DNA of 47,199 nucleotides from Parcubacteria group bacterium LiPW_15 (lineage in GTDB: Bacteria > Patescibacteriota > Minisyncoccia > UBA6257 > 2-01-FULL-56-20), in the NCBI GenBank assembly GCA_007375645.1, contig VMER01000001.1:403576-450774 (forward strand), read 5' to 3'. This document shows positions 9,459-17,944 of this stretch, piece by piece (the stretch's first letter is position 1; the number at the start of each line of letters is the position of its first letter). The position numbers and the translations under genes are program-made. A model generated the notes under the pieces. The model was not told where the DNA came from, did no database searches, and saw only the letters and a list, made by a program, of their open reading frames with translations.

Positions 9459-10130
9459 TTATGGCGTGGTTGTGGCGTTCCCCGACTGGGTCGACGTAGA
9501 GAAGCCGGATTGCGTTGTGGTAGCCGCAGGAGCCACATCAACCACCGGAGTCGTCGGAGCGGCACCGGAAGCTGCGCCTGTCGCCGGCAGTAAGAATTTC
9601 GGATCCATGAACACCGTCATATTGAATTGCCAGCCTCCGCCCGGCGCGGCCGCGAGGTTGTTGAGGTTCAGTCTTGAAATTTCCGGTCGGGATTCGAAGA
9701 TGGCTGCCTGCTCTGCGGCATCTTGGGGAGACTTGGAATTACCGAGAAGCGTCAACTGGTTCGTGGGAACGTTGAAGCTGAACTTCGTGAAATAAGTATT
9801 GCTCTGCGTATTTTGGCCCAGCCAATCAAAGATCCGGGAGGTTGAAGGGTGTTTGCCGAGAAGAGTTTTGATATTCGCAAGCTGAGAATAAAAGCCCACG
9901 AGCTTTGCCTGATCTTCCTGAGAAATTTTTTGGGAGAACGTTTGGATCTGCGCGTCCAGATCGTCTTTCTGGCCGTTAAGATAGGGTTCGTAACCGTAAC
10001 TTAAGCCAAGATAGATTATAAGACTTATCGCGAAAAGCGAACCGGCCAAAAGAAGAAGTTGTTTGTACGACCCCTGCTCGGTGGACGGGGCTCTACTTAG
10101 TCTTTCTATTTCTTGTGTTGGCAGTGCCAT
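9459..10130 (-). CDS. pilN: PilN-like pilus assembly protein with a Thr/Ala/Pro-rich tail
   Basis: 223 aa. Short cytoplasmic N-terminus then TM LLLLAGSLFAISLIIYLGL. Immediately downstream of pilM. Confidence 0.55.
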   Translation of the reverse strand: MALPTQEIERLSRAPSTEQGSYKQLLLLAGSLFAISLIIYLGLSYGYEPYLNGQKDDLDAQIQTFSQKISQEDQAKLVGFYSQLANIKTLLGKHPSTSRIFDWLGQNTQSNTYFTKFSFNVPTNQLTLLGNSKSPQDAAEQAAIFESRPEISRLNLNNLAAAPGGGWQFNMTVFMDPKFLLPATGAASGAAPTTPVVDVAPAATTTQSGFSTSTQSGNATTTP

Positions 10131-10161
10131 TTAAATTTTTGGGACAACCGGGAAAGTTTCT

Positions 10162-11244
10162 TTATAAATTTTTGAGTCCGAGTCCGATCGCAACGGCAAG
10201 AAGTGAATTGAGTTCCTGTCCCAGCGGCTCGAGTATCGGCGGATATTCCATCTTGGAAAACGGGGCTCCGCGAACGACCGTCCTTTGGAACTGATCCTTG
10301 AAATATTTCTCTATACCCAAAAGATTTGCCCCGCCGCCGGTCAATATCATTCTCTCTATAGGTTTGGCGGTTGGGAACTGATTCTTGTAGGTAAATTCAG
10401 CCCTCCTCACCTCACTTATTATAGCATCCAAAAACGGCAGCATTATTGTGGATAACTCGTAGTTCGGACCGGTTCCGATTATCCCCCGCTCCCTCTTGAG
10501 CTCTTCGGCGCGAAGCGGATTGATATTCAGGCTGGTCGCAAGGGCCTGCGTGAGGGATGAGCCCGAAAAATCCGTCTGCCCGCTGTACTTCAGACTGCCC
10601 CCATCCACGATAAGTATGTCGGTCGTGAGACTCCCGATATCGATAAGCATCGTAGGCGTCGGATCATTGCCGATCACAGAACGCAGAAGCGACAAGCTCT
10701 CTATCTCCAGAGCCCTCAAAACAAGCCCCGCGGATTGAAAGATATTTTGATACTTCTTGATCTGCTCCTGTGGAACGGAGATGAGCAGTATTTGGCTCAC
10801 CTTGCCTCCCTGATCATCTTCCACTTCCCCGACCTTCGACCAATCGAGCGCGACTTCGGATATCGGAAGCGGGATATATTGCCGAGCCTGAAATTGAACC
10901 GCCTGCTCCAGATCTTTCGGATCCATTTCTGGCAGAGTAAGTATGGTGGTAAACGCGGAAAAAAGCGGGAGTGAGGCCACGACGTTCGTGGTTTTCGGTT
11001 TCATCTGTGCCACCAGCATCTTTAAAAACTCCACCGTGTCTTTGTCGAAGAGTTTCAAACTACTCGTTTGAAGCGCGGTGTTGGCGCGAAGAAGCGCGCT
11101 TTCGGTTTCCAAAAGCGCATAATTTAAAAGCCGCGGGGCGCTCTTCCCTTTTTCAAGTTCGGCTATTTTTATCGAAGTCGTGCCAATATCCACCCCCAAA
11201 TAGGAAGTGGATCCTTGGCTCTTAAAAAAATCGAAGAGGGCCAT
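10162..11244 (-). CDS. pilM: Actin-like ATPase PilM
   Basis: 360 aa. YLGVDIGTTSIKIAELEKG phosphate-1 motif and LTGGGANLLGIEKYF. Confidence 0.85.
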   Translation of the reverse strand: MALFDFFKSQGSTSYLGVDIGTTSIKIAELEKGKSAPRLLNYALLETESALLRANTALQTSSLKLFDKDTVEFLKMLVAQMKPKTTNVVASLPLFSAFTTILTLPEMDPKDLEQAVQFQARQYIPLPISEVALDWSKVGEVEDDQGGKVSQILLISVPQEQIKKYQNIFQSAGLVLRALEIESLSLLRSVIGNDPTPTMLIDIGSLTTDILIVDGGSLKYSGQTDFSGSSLTQALATSLNINPLRAEELKRERGIIGTGPNYELSTIMLPFLDAIISEVRRAEFTYKNQFPTAKPIERMILTGGGANLLGIEKYFKDQFQRTVVRGAPFSKMEYPPILEPLGQELNSLLAVAIGLGLKNL

Positions 11245-11284
11245 AAAATTTGTGATCTTTTATACTGAAATTATAGCATAAAAA

Positions 11285-11971
11285 ATGGACCTGGATTTTT
11301 TCCTGGAATTTATCTTTCCGAATCGTTGCGCGGGTTGCGGCGCCTTAATTGGTCAGGGTCCGGCGCTTTGCGCAAAATGCGCATCGGCGCTCCAAACATT
11401 TGATTCGCTTTTCTGCGGAAGATGCATGGCGCGTTTGCCGGAGGGCAAAAAAATTTGCCATTCTGGGAGCCCGTTTATCCTCGGCGCTGCAATAAATTAC
11501 CACTTGGGCGCGGCGGGAAACTTAATCCGGGAATTAAAATTCAAAAGGAATAAAAAGATCGCAAAATTTTTAGCCGATCTCCTCGCCTCCTATCTTAAAA
11601 AACTTCCGCTTGCTTTTGCGGACTACGAAATTCTGGCAGTACCCTTGAGCGCCACGAGGCAACGCGAACGCGGCTTCAACCAAGCAGAGCTTATTGCCGA
11701 GGAACTCTCCCCTCTTGTATCGGTGCCAATTCTTCAAGGCGGTCTCACCCGCACAAAACACAGCACACCGCAAAGCGAAATAAGGGGGCGAAAGGACCGA
11801 CTCCGAAATGTCGCCGGTGCGTTTTCGGCGGACACAGAGCTCGTCTCGGGGAAAAATATAATTCTCCTGGATGACGTGATAACTTCCGGCGCCACGATGT
11901 TTGAAGCCGCTCGCGCGTTAAAATCCGCCGGGGCGGAAAGGATAATCGGCCTCGCCGCGGCAAAAGCGTAA
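11285..11971 (+). CDS. comFC: ComF family protein (phosphoribosyltransferase-type competence protein)
   Basis: N-terminal CAGCG...CAKC...CGRC zinc fingers and C-terminal PRT motif ILLDDVITSGATMFEA. Divergent from pilM. Confidence 0.85.
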   Translation: MDLDFFLEFIFPNRCAGCGALIGQGPALCAKCASALQTFDSLFCGRCMARLPEGKKICHSGSPFILGAAINYHLGAAGNLIRELKFKRNKKIAKFLADLLASYLKKLPLAFADYEILAVPLSATRQRERGFNQAELIAEELSPLVSVPILQGGLTRTKHSTPQSEIRGRKDRLRNVAGAFSADTELVSGKNIILLDDVITSGATMFEAARALKSAGAERIIGLAAAKA

Positions 11972-12034
11972 GAAAATGTTTCTAGAAAAATAAAAGGCGC
12001 ACAACTCATGTGTTGCGCGCCACCCGATAACCTT

Positions 12035-12295
12035 TTAGCCAAGAAAGACTGGAAGTTTGGATTTCAGACATTTCGGAAGGCGCCGCACGCCATAAGCAGT
12101 TCTTTCTTGCGCCGGATCACCTTCCGATTGGGTTGCCACCAGAACATTGCCTCCGTCACCAGGAAGACGGCAGATGGAATCTACAGCTGCTCCGATTCCC
12201 CTGATATCCGTCCAGCTATGAAACATGCAAAACTTCATCCCGCATGTTTCCCTCTCTGGATCTCTTTTTTCCACGGTAACACCGATTTCATTCAT
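12035..12295 (-). CDS. Hypothetical small protein (86 aa)
   Basis: I chose the internal ATG at 12295 because AAAGGAGAGG lies about 6 nt upstream. A hairpin at about 11985-12015 is shared with comFC as a convergent terminator. The overlapping plus-strand ORF reads less like a protein. Confidence 0.4.
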   Translation of the reverse strand: MNEIGVTVEKRDPERETCGMKFCMFHSWTDIRGIGAAVDSICRLPGDGGNVLVATQSEGDPAQERTAYGVRRLPKCLKSKLPVFLG

Positions 12296-12432
12296 TTCCG
12301 GCCTCTCCTTTCTATTTTTTTGAACTGGCAACAATATAATAAATATTTTAGATTTTGTCTAGTGCGCGAAAAGGGATGAACCCCAATCATTATCCATATG
12401 TGCCGAATCTCACTTTCGGGTATAATTAGCGA

Positions 12433-12906
12433 ATGGAAACAAGAATAAGATGGAAGGCGCCGGAGTTCAGATATTATCCGAAAACCGCAAGCTGGTACTA
12501 TTGGTCAATTTTTATCACCCTGCTGTTTCTGGTCTTCGCCGTCTGGCAAAAAAATTTTTTGTTCGGCTTTTTCGTTGTGGTCGCGGAAACGTTGATCCTC
12601 TCCTGGGGAGGCAAAAAGCCGGCGGACTTGGATTTTTTACTGGACGAAAAAGGGTTGACTATTGGGCCGGAAAAATCCTATTCTTACACGGAGCTTAAAA
12701 GCTTTGCGGAGACAGATATGGATCCGGACGACTCGCCGTACGTGGAATTGGTTTTTAATTTTAAACGGCGGCTCCGGACCACTATGCTGTTTCTTATACC
12801 GAAGGAAAAATACACGGAAATAAAAACGGCGCTCAGCGAAAAACTGCCGAAGGTGGAGGCGGAGCTCACCATCCTCGACGCCCTGGAGAGGATAATCCGC
12901 TTTTAA
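12433..12906 (+). CDS. Hypothetical membrane protein (two N-terminal TM helices)
   Basis: 157 aa. TATAAT at 12421-12426 lies only 6 nt from the ATG, suggesting a leaderless mRNA. Followed by hairpin 12924-12943. Confidence 0.55.
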   Translation: METRIRWKAPEFRYYPKTASWYYWSIFITLLFLVFAVWQKNFLFGFFVVVAETLILSWGGKKPADLDFLLDEKGLTIGPEKSYSYTELKSFAETDMDPDDSPYVELVFNFKRRLRTTMLFLIPKEKYTEIKTALSEKLPKVEAELTILDALERIIRF

Positions 12907-12968
12907 ACAAAAAGGCGCCCGTACCTGCCTGCCGTAGGCAGGGTTCAACGAATCAAACACCAAAATAA

Positions 12969-13040
12969 GCGCCCGTAGTTCAACGGATCGAACACATCCC
13001 TGCGAAGGATGAGACCGAGGTTCAATTCCTCGCGGGCGCA
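12969..13040 (+). tRNA. tRNA-Arg (anticodon GCG)
   Basis: Hand-folded cloverleaf: acceptor GCGCCCG/CGGGCGC, D stem GTTC/GAAC, anticodon stem CATCC/GGATG with loop CTGCGAA, T arm CGAGG-TTCAATT-CCTCG, discriminator A. CCA is not encoded. Confidence 0.85.
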
Positions 13041-13143
13041 CATGCTAGTGAGACTGACCAGGCGGGGTCAGTGCTTACAAGTTTAAGATACGTCAAGCCG
13101 CCCCAAGCAAGATCTTGTAAGCTATAATTCTTGTAGGGTTATC

Positions 13144-14874
13144 ATGAAAGATTTCGTTTATACCTTCGCCACATCCCTCCGACACCTAAAAAGACATAAG
13201 ATCTATTGGTTTTGGTTCGGCGTACGCGCAATATACGTTGCTATGGGCGTACTCATGCCCGTTGTTTTAGGTATGAGTATTGATGTTTTGGCCCATCATC
13301 CCATTGATACATCACAATTAGGATGGCTCGCAGGAATTTATATGGCCATGCTTCTTGTGACTCCTGGCATGGAGGTTCTTACCGCCTCCAAGTCCGTCCA
13401 TATTGGCGCAAGTATTGCCAACGATTTTCGCAAAGGAGCGCTTCAACTTTTAGAGAAAGCTCCTCTCGATTTTTTCAAATCGAAAAGCCATGGTGATTAC
13501 ATAAAAATAATCGCCGAAGCCTATGAAGCCATCTATCACATTTCGGAAGATATCAGCCATAGATACCTTAGTCCTATCGGCTCAATTGCGGGCATCCTTA
13601 TATCCACGATTATTCTTAAGCCGTTCGTTGTTGTGATATTCCTGGTCGGGTCAGCGATTTGGCTGGTAAATCTCGTAATAATGAATAAACGAGAAAAAGC
13701 CAGTGTTATCAACTATCTGAAACACGAGGAAGCTGTTGCTGGCGGAATGATGGAGTTTTTAAACAATTTCCGGACCATCTTTTACTTGAATCTTTTTAAA
13801 AAGCAGCAGCGTCAACTTGAAGCAGTGATGGAGCGTTCCTTCAACAGTAGAGAATGGCGCATTAAAAGAAGCATGCGGAAATGGTATAATCACAGCCAGC
13901 TTCTTGCCCTTATTACAATCGCCATCTTTTCATATTCCGTGCTCGGAGTTTTCAGAGGCAGCCTCACTGTTGGTACGATGGTCATTATCCTTTCATTCTC
14001 TGGAAGTCTAGCGGGCCAAATGAGTGTCTTGGTGGACTTGGTTGAACAGCTTACCAGTCGAATCGCGGCGTTCGTAAGATATCGTAATGAAATCGAAGCG
14101 CCTCTACGGGACCGTCCTTCATTAAGCGAGCATAAAGTGTCCGATTTCAGAACATTATCCGTCAGTAGCTTAACGGTAGTGAGGGAGGGCAGAGAAAGCA
14201 TTCGGGACATAAGTTTTGCCATCTCTGCCGGTCAGAAAATAGCGGTCATCGGTAATACAGGAGGAGGCAAATCGACCTTGCTAGATGTGATCTTAAAAGG
14301 ATTTACCGCATATGAGGGGGAAGTTTTTATCAATAATACGAACTATAGAGGCCTGAATGACAAAGATTTGGTAGATATTTACGGCATCGTTCCCCAAGAG
14401 GTTCAGCTTTTCCGTGGTTCGCTTAAAGAGAATATCGCTTCAAGTCGACGTTCTCCTTCAGAAAAAGAATTGGAGCAACTTTTTGAGATGTGTCAACTAG
14501 AACAACTCGCGCAGAATCTTTCCGTCAGACGAGAACCTATTTATGAAGGAGCTGCGAATATATCTGGCGGGGAAAGGCAGCGGGTTGGCATAGCTCGCGC
14601 GTTGTTTCAAAAGCATCCTTTCCTCATCCTTGACGAAGCAACTGCGAGTCTGGATCCCAAAACAGAGAAGGCTGTTATGGATGCAATTTTCCGCAACTAC
14701 CCCGACCTTACGCTTCTCCACGTAACACATCGTTATTCCCTTCTCGATAAGTTCGATACGATTTTCATTTTGAACGAGGGAAGGCTCGTTCAATCTGGCT
14801 CGTACACGGAGCTAAGAAAGAATAGCCCACTGTTTATAGAACTTTATATGGCGAGTCATATTTCAGAATTTTAG
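13144..14874 (+). CDS. ABC exporter, fused permease/ATPase (MsbA/MdlB type)
   Basis: 576 aa. Six-TM N-terminal half, Walker A GNTGGGKSTLLDV, signature ISGGERQRVGIARAL, Walker B FLILDEATASLD. Visibly more AT-rich than its surroundings. Confidence 0.85.
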   Translation: MKDFVYTFATSLRHLKRHKIYWFWFGVRAIYVAMGVLMPVVLGMSIDVLAHHPIDTSQLGWLAGIYMAMLLVTPGMEVLTASKSVHIGASIANDFRKGALQLLEKAPLDFFKSKSHGDYIKIIAEAYEAIYHISEDISHRYLSPIGSIAGILISTIILKPFVVVIFLVGSAIWLVNLVIMNKREKASVINYLKHEEAVAGGMMEFLNNFRTIFYLNLFKKQQRQLEAVMERSFNSREWRIKRSMRKWYNHSQLLALITIAIFSYSVLGVFRGSLTVGTMVIILSFSGSLAGQMSVLVDLVEQLTSRIAAFVRYRNEIEAPLRDRPSLSEHKVSDFRTLSVSSLTVVREGRESIRDISFAISAGQKIAVIGNTGGGKSTLLDVILKGFTAYEGEVFINNTNYRGLNDKDLVDIYGIVPQEVQLFRGSLKENIASSRRSPSEKELEQLFEMCQLEQLAQNLSVRREPIYEGAANISGGERQRVGIARALFQKHPFLILDEATASLDPKTEKAVMDAIFRNYPDLTLLHVTHRYSLLDKFDTIFILNEGRLVQSGSYTELRKNSPLFIELYMASHISEF

Positions 14875-15288
14875 CTTTTTATCTTGATTTTCCTAGGCCT
14901 GATTCTCCCAAAATGAGACACCAACAGTCTCATTCGGAACGTTTTTGGAACACACCTGTTATGTTCCGTTTGTTCCATTTCCTGAAAATGTTACACGCCA
15001 AAAAACGCAAAAGTACTGTAACATTTGTAACATTTTGGTCCGAATCCTAGATGCCTCAACAGACACTTCCCCTCCTTTTTATGATGTCTATTGTGCCTAT
15101 CCAGCCCTGTCCGAGCGGGGTCGAGACAGATATAGGAACGACCCCCAAATAATCCTTATGGGGCTTGAAGGGTACAAGTTCGAGACCGGGGTGGGGCACA
15201 AAAATTAAAGGCTGGCCACTCGCTGGCCGGTTTTTAATTTTTATGTTTGCCTCACGAGGAATTGAACAGCGGAATCACAAAAGATTCT

Positions 15289-15317
15289 TTGACAGTTAAT
15301 TAAATATATGGTAGAAT
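15289..15317 (+). promoter_or_regulatory. Near-consensus sigma-70 promoter
   Basis: TTGACA (15289-15294), 17-nt spacer, TAGAAT (15312-15317), preceded by TGg (extended -10). Confidence 0.65.
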
Positions 15318-15376
15318 CTGCGCACGTTAGTTTGCGCGCTCATTTACAACGAAAAACAGAAAGTGAGGACAAAATC

Positions 15377-15802
15377 GTGAAAGTGGCAATGATCACCTAC
15401 AACCCCATCATCGACCACGCGAGGGCTGGCGGCTGGCAGATGTGCGGAACAAACAGCGTTCTGCTGCTACAGGACGCCTTCTATCTGTCGGGGACAAAAG
15501 CAAGGGGTGGCACCGACCCTCTTCTCGACGAGCTCGAGGGCAACCTCTCCGCGCTCGACAAGATCGTGGTCTATCTGGGCGGGCACGATTCAGAAAGAAT
15601 CGTCGAGTTCATCAAGGCAATCGGCGCGGCCCCCGATCGGACGATCTTCCTCGTCTGCGACTGCAACTGGGTAACAAAGATGGAGGCGATCCAGAAGTGC
15701 GGGTTCTCGGGCTCAGAGATGATGGAATGCTGTTGCGGAGGGTTCGAAAAAATGGAGAACATTTATTGGAGTGTCCTCCGCCACGGAACCATCTCCGGCT
15801 AG
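15377..15802 (+). CDS. Hypothetical GC-rich protein with a Cys-rich C-terminus (FLVCDCNW...MMECCCGG)
   Basis: The ORF-track start at 15308 lies inside the promoter. GTG at 15377 follows GAGGA by 7 nt; ATG at 15389 is an alternative. I recognise no domain. Confidence 0.5.
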   Translation: MKVAMITYNPIIDHARAGGWQMCGTNSVLLLQDAFYLSGTKARGGTDPLLDELEGNLSALDKIVVYLGGHDSERIVEFIKAIGAAPDRTIFLVCDCNWVTKMEAIQKCGFSGSEMMECCCGGFEKMENIYWSVLRHGTISG

Positions 15803-15832
15803 CCCTAGCCCAACGACGAAAGGAGGTTCGCG

Positions 15833-16084
15833 ATGCTGACTCCCGAAGAAAAACGCCGCAAGGCAGAAATGCTCACGGGAATCCTGCTGGCAGAACTCCC
15901 GCCCACACGGGCGGAAGTTCTCCTCATCGACCTGAGCCACCATCTCTTGATCAACCAGGCGATGACCGAAAAAGAGCGGCTGGAGATCCTTAACTCTGTT
16001 TTCAGCGATCTTCACGACCGGGCTCACGTCTACGCCAAGGGGTGGCCAGACTGGTTCAAGAAGTTCCGCGGAGTCACGACGTAG
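15833..16084 (+). CDS. Hypothetical 83-aa protein
   Basis: Strong SD AAAGGAGG 6 nt upstream of the ATG. Followed by terminator 16095-16137. Confidence 0.55.
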   Translation: MLTPEEKRRKAEMLTGILLAELPPTRAEVLLIDLSHHLLINQAMTEKERLEILNSVFSDLHDRAHVYAKGWPDWFKKFRGVTT

Positions 16085-16094
16085 CTCACGCTAG

Positions 16095-16137
16095 GGCCCG
16101 GCACAACCCCAAAAGGATGTGTCCGGGCCTTTTTTTA
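16095..16137 (+). terminator. Intrinsic terminator
   Basis: GGCCCGGCACA...TGTGTCCGGGCC stem followed by T7. Confidence 0.75.
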
Positions 16138-16140
16138 GTT

Positions 16141-16176
16141 AAAAAAAGATGGCCGCGATTTTTTTGTCGCGGCCAT
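16141..16176 (-). terminator. Intrinsic terminator for the convergent gene
   Basis: ATGGCCGCGA/TCGCGGCCAT 10-bp stem. The A7 on the plus strand is the T run on the minus strand. Confidence 0.7.
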
Positions 16177-16184
16177 TGGCCTCA

Positions 16185-16466
16185 CTAATCGTTGAATCGG
16201 GCGAAAAACCGGCGAAGTTCGCCGTAGGTCTTCACGGCCTTCGGGAAAACCACCCGAAGGTGGCAGGCTCGGCAACTGATGGAATCGTGGATGTCGGTCG
16301 CCGGACGCTTGTCCATGAAGCCGTTGCAGAACCCATGGTAGCCGACGCACGTGCCGAGCCCATCGTTGTCGATCGTGTAAGGAGCCTGGTGTTGACACCC
16401 CCGGAGCTGTTCGCCGAGCTCGGTCAAGATAATCGGCTTCAGCGGTTCGCTACGATCGTTTTGCAT
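16185..16466 (-). CDS. Hypothetical Cys/His-rich 93-aa protein
   Basis: SD AAGGGGGA upstream of the ATG. Contains GCQHQ...CVGYHGFCNGF...CRACH. GC-rich. Confidence 0.5.
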   Translation of the reverse strand: MQNDRSEPLKPIILTELGEQLRGCQHQAPYTIDNDGLGTCVGYHGFCNGFMDKRPATDIHDSISCRACHLRVVFPKAVKTYGELRRFFARFND

Positions 16467-16783
16467 GTTTTCCCCCTTTCGTGGACTACCCGCAATCTAC
16501 CAGCTGCCAATCGCCCGGTCAAGAAATCCGATAATAGCCCCCTCATTTCGATTCCCCATCTTCACGATAATAAATAAACCCGGTCTTTATGACCGGGTTT
16601 ATTTATTTTGAGCGGGCAAGGGGAAGCAGACAAAATTTGCTTTGCAAATTTTCTAACACCTTGCGGTTTTAGTATTTCCACCACGGAGAAACTCCCGTTT
16701 CTCCGACCCTCTCCCCGTCCGATTCCTCGCATACCTACATAAATAAAATAGGCCCACCTTTCGGTGAACCTATTTTATTCTTG

Positions 16784-16854
16784 AGCGGGTAAGGGGAATC
16801 GGACCCCTGGCTCGTCCTTGGCAAGGACGCATATTACCACTATACGATACCCGC
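16784..16854 (-). tRNA. tRNA-Gly (anticodon GCC)
   Basis: Hand-folded: acceptor GCGGGTA/TACCCGC, anticodon stem CGTCC/GGACG with loop TTGCCAA, T arm AGGGG-TCCGATT-CCCCT, discriminator U as expected for bacterial Gly. Caveat: the T loop reads UCCGAUU rather than the canonical UUCGAAU. Confidence 0.8.
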
Positions 16855-16969
16855 GCTTAGTATTTCTTAGCGCGCTAGGCGCTTAGAAATCCTTGCGTCC
16901 CGCCAGCGGCGGGGCAAACGGCTAAATCTAAAAACTGCCTGATTATTCTATAGTCCTTCGCCGAAATTC

Positions 16970-17248
16970 TCAAGACCCGGTAGCCGTCGCCACCGGTGCG
17001 GGCGGATTGCTCTTTGGCCCTATTATCTGGGGGCTAGCAAAGGGACCTACAAAAACCGGCGGAGAAAATGTCTTGGCCGGAGAAGTTGTTGAGTTTGAAA
17101 CCGGTCCGGTCGTCGGTCCGCGAAAACCGGTTAGCGGCAGGAGGTTTTCCACCGCGTCTTGCGGCGCCTCAAGAGCCTGCCCCAAATAAAAAAAGATGAG
17201 TATTAAACTCGCCACAACTATCGCTATGATGGCCAAAACGGATTTCAT
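16970..17248 (-). CDS. Small membrane-anchored Pro/Thr-rich protein
   Basis: 92 aa. N-terminal TM AIIAIVVASLILIFFYL. Downstream of the sigma/anti-sigma pair. Confidence 0.5.
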   Translation of the reverse strand: MKSVLAIIAIVVASLILIFFYLGQALEAPQDAVENLLPLTGFRGPTTGPVSNSTTSPAKTFSPPVFVGPFASPQIIGPKSNPPAPVATATGS

Positions 17249-17447
17249 CCAGTTAGAAAATTAAAAGTGAAATTTGTTTGATTAAACATAATTGAAATAA
17301 GTTAGCCTCCCGGATACTTGAATGTGCCGTTGATAAAATTTTCTAATGGGACGGGTCCCCCATTGCCAACCGCGACACTTGCCCGACAACCGCAGCGAAA
17401 TTTCGCGACCATGTCTATGATAATTCTAATCTATTCTCGCTCAAACC

Positions 17448-17476
17448 AAAAAACCGCTCCTCACAGCGGTTTTTTT
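17448..17476. terminator. Bidirectional intrinsic terminator
   Basis: AAAAAACCGCT-CCTCAC-AGCGGTTTTTTT. Confidence 0.7.
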
Positions 17477-17497
17477 GTTGCATCTTTGTGGTCGAGA

Positions 17498-17944
17498 CTA
17501 CTCCGATAGCGCCCTTAAGGCGTCGTCTATTCCGACAACCGTTGAAGTGGTGGTGGTTGCGTTATCTTCGAGTGCCATGAGCGAGAATGCGCTAAGCGGC
17601 GAAACTGATTCTTTTTTTGAAGCAACGACACGCGTGAAATTTTGATAACTTAGGTCGGTTAATTGGATCTGCATATCTATAGCATCCGCTTCGGCTTTGA
17701 GGCTTGTCGGGTTAAGGCTCGCTATGTTTAAAACGTTGATTCCGGAAAATCCGCCTAGGATCAGGATGAGCAAGGCTCCGGCCAGAACCATCGCCGACCC
17801 GGCCTCCATGCTCTCCGCAAATATTTTCCAGGGGCTTAAGCGCCTCGGCTGCTCGGTAGCCAAAATCTGCGCGCGGCTCCGTTCGGCGTAATATCTTTCC
17901 GGCGCTATCTCTTTCAATTTTTTTAATATCTCTAGGCTATTCAT
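17498..17944 (-). CDS. Putative anti-sigma factor (single-pass membrane protein)
   Basis: 148 aa. Overlaps the sigma-factor gene by 8 nt. Central TM MVLAGALLILILGGFSGI. Confidence 0.5.
   Translation of the reverse strand: MNSLEILKKLKEIAPERYYAERSRAQILATEQPRRLSPWKIFAESMEAGSAMVLAGALLILILGGFSGINVLNIASLNPTSLKAEADAIDMQIQLTDLSYQNFTRVVASKKESVSPLSAFSLMALEDNATTTTSTVVGIDDALRALSE

Noticed and set aside
9458-9565. N-terminal extensions of track ORFs: the pilO-like gene to 9565, hup to 19907, the M16 peptidase to 45747, and the 15308 start of the Cys-rich protein
   Set aside because: The extensions overlap the upstream gene or a promoter and read as Arg/Trp-rich or hydrophobic nonsense. Internal starts give canonical N-termini: MKPSTKRL plus a TM segment, MTKAGLVEAV, and MVKKFKLANGLRVV.
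12008-12379. 123-aa plus-strand ORF overlapping the 12035-12295 minus-strand ORF
   Set aside because: It has no SD or promoter and begins inside the comFC terminator hairpin. Its composition (Cys/Phe/His-rich) is less protein-like than the SD-led minus-strand ORF. Even that gene has only modest confidence.
15093-15205. Possible tRNA (class II-like D arm and a GTTCGAG T-loop-like 3' end); also the 87-aa ORF at 14945-15208
   Set aside because: I could not build a complete cloverleaf. The T stem (ACAAG/CCGGG) and acceptor do not pair, and no anticodon arm is evident. The ORF has no start signal. I kept it only as tRNA-like debris in the island finding.
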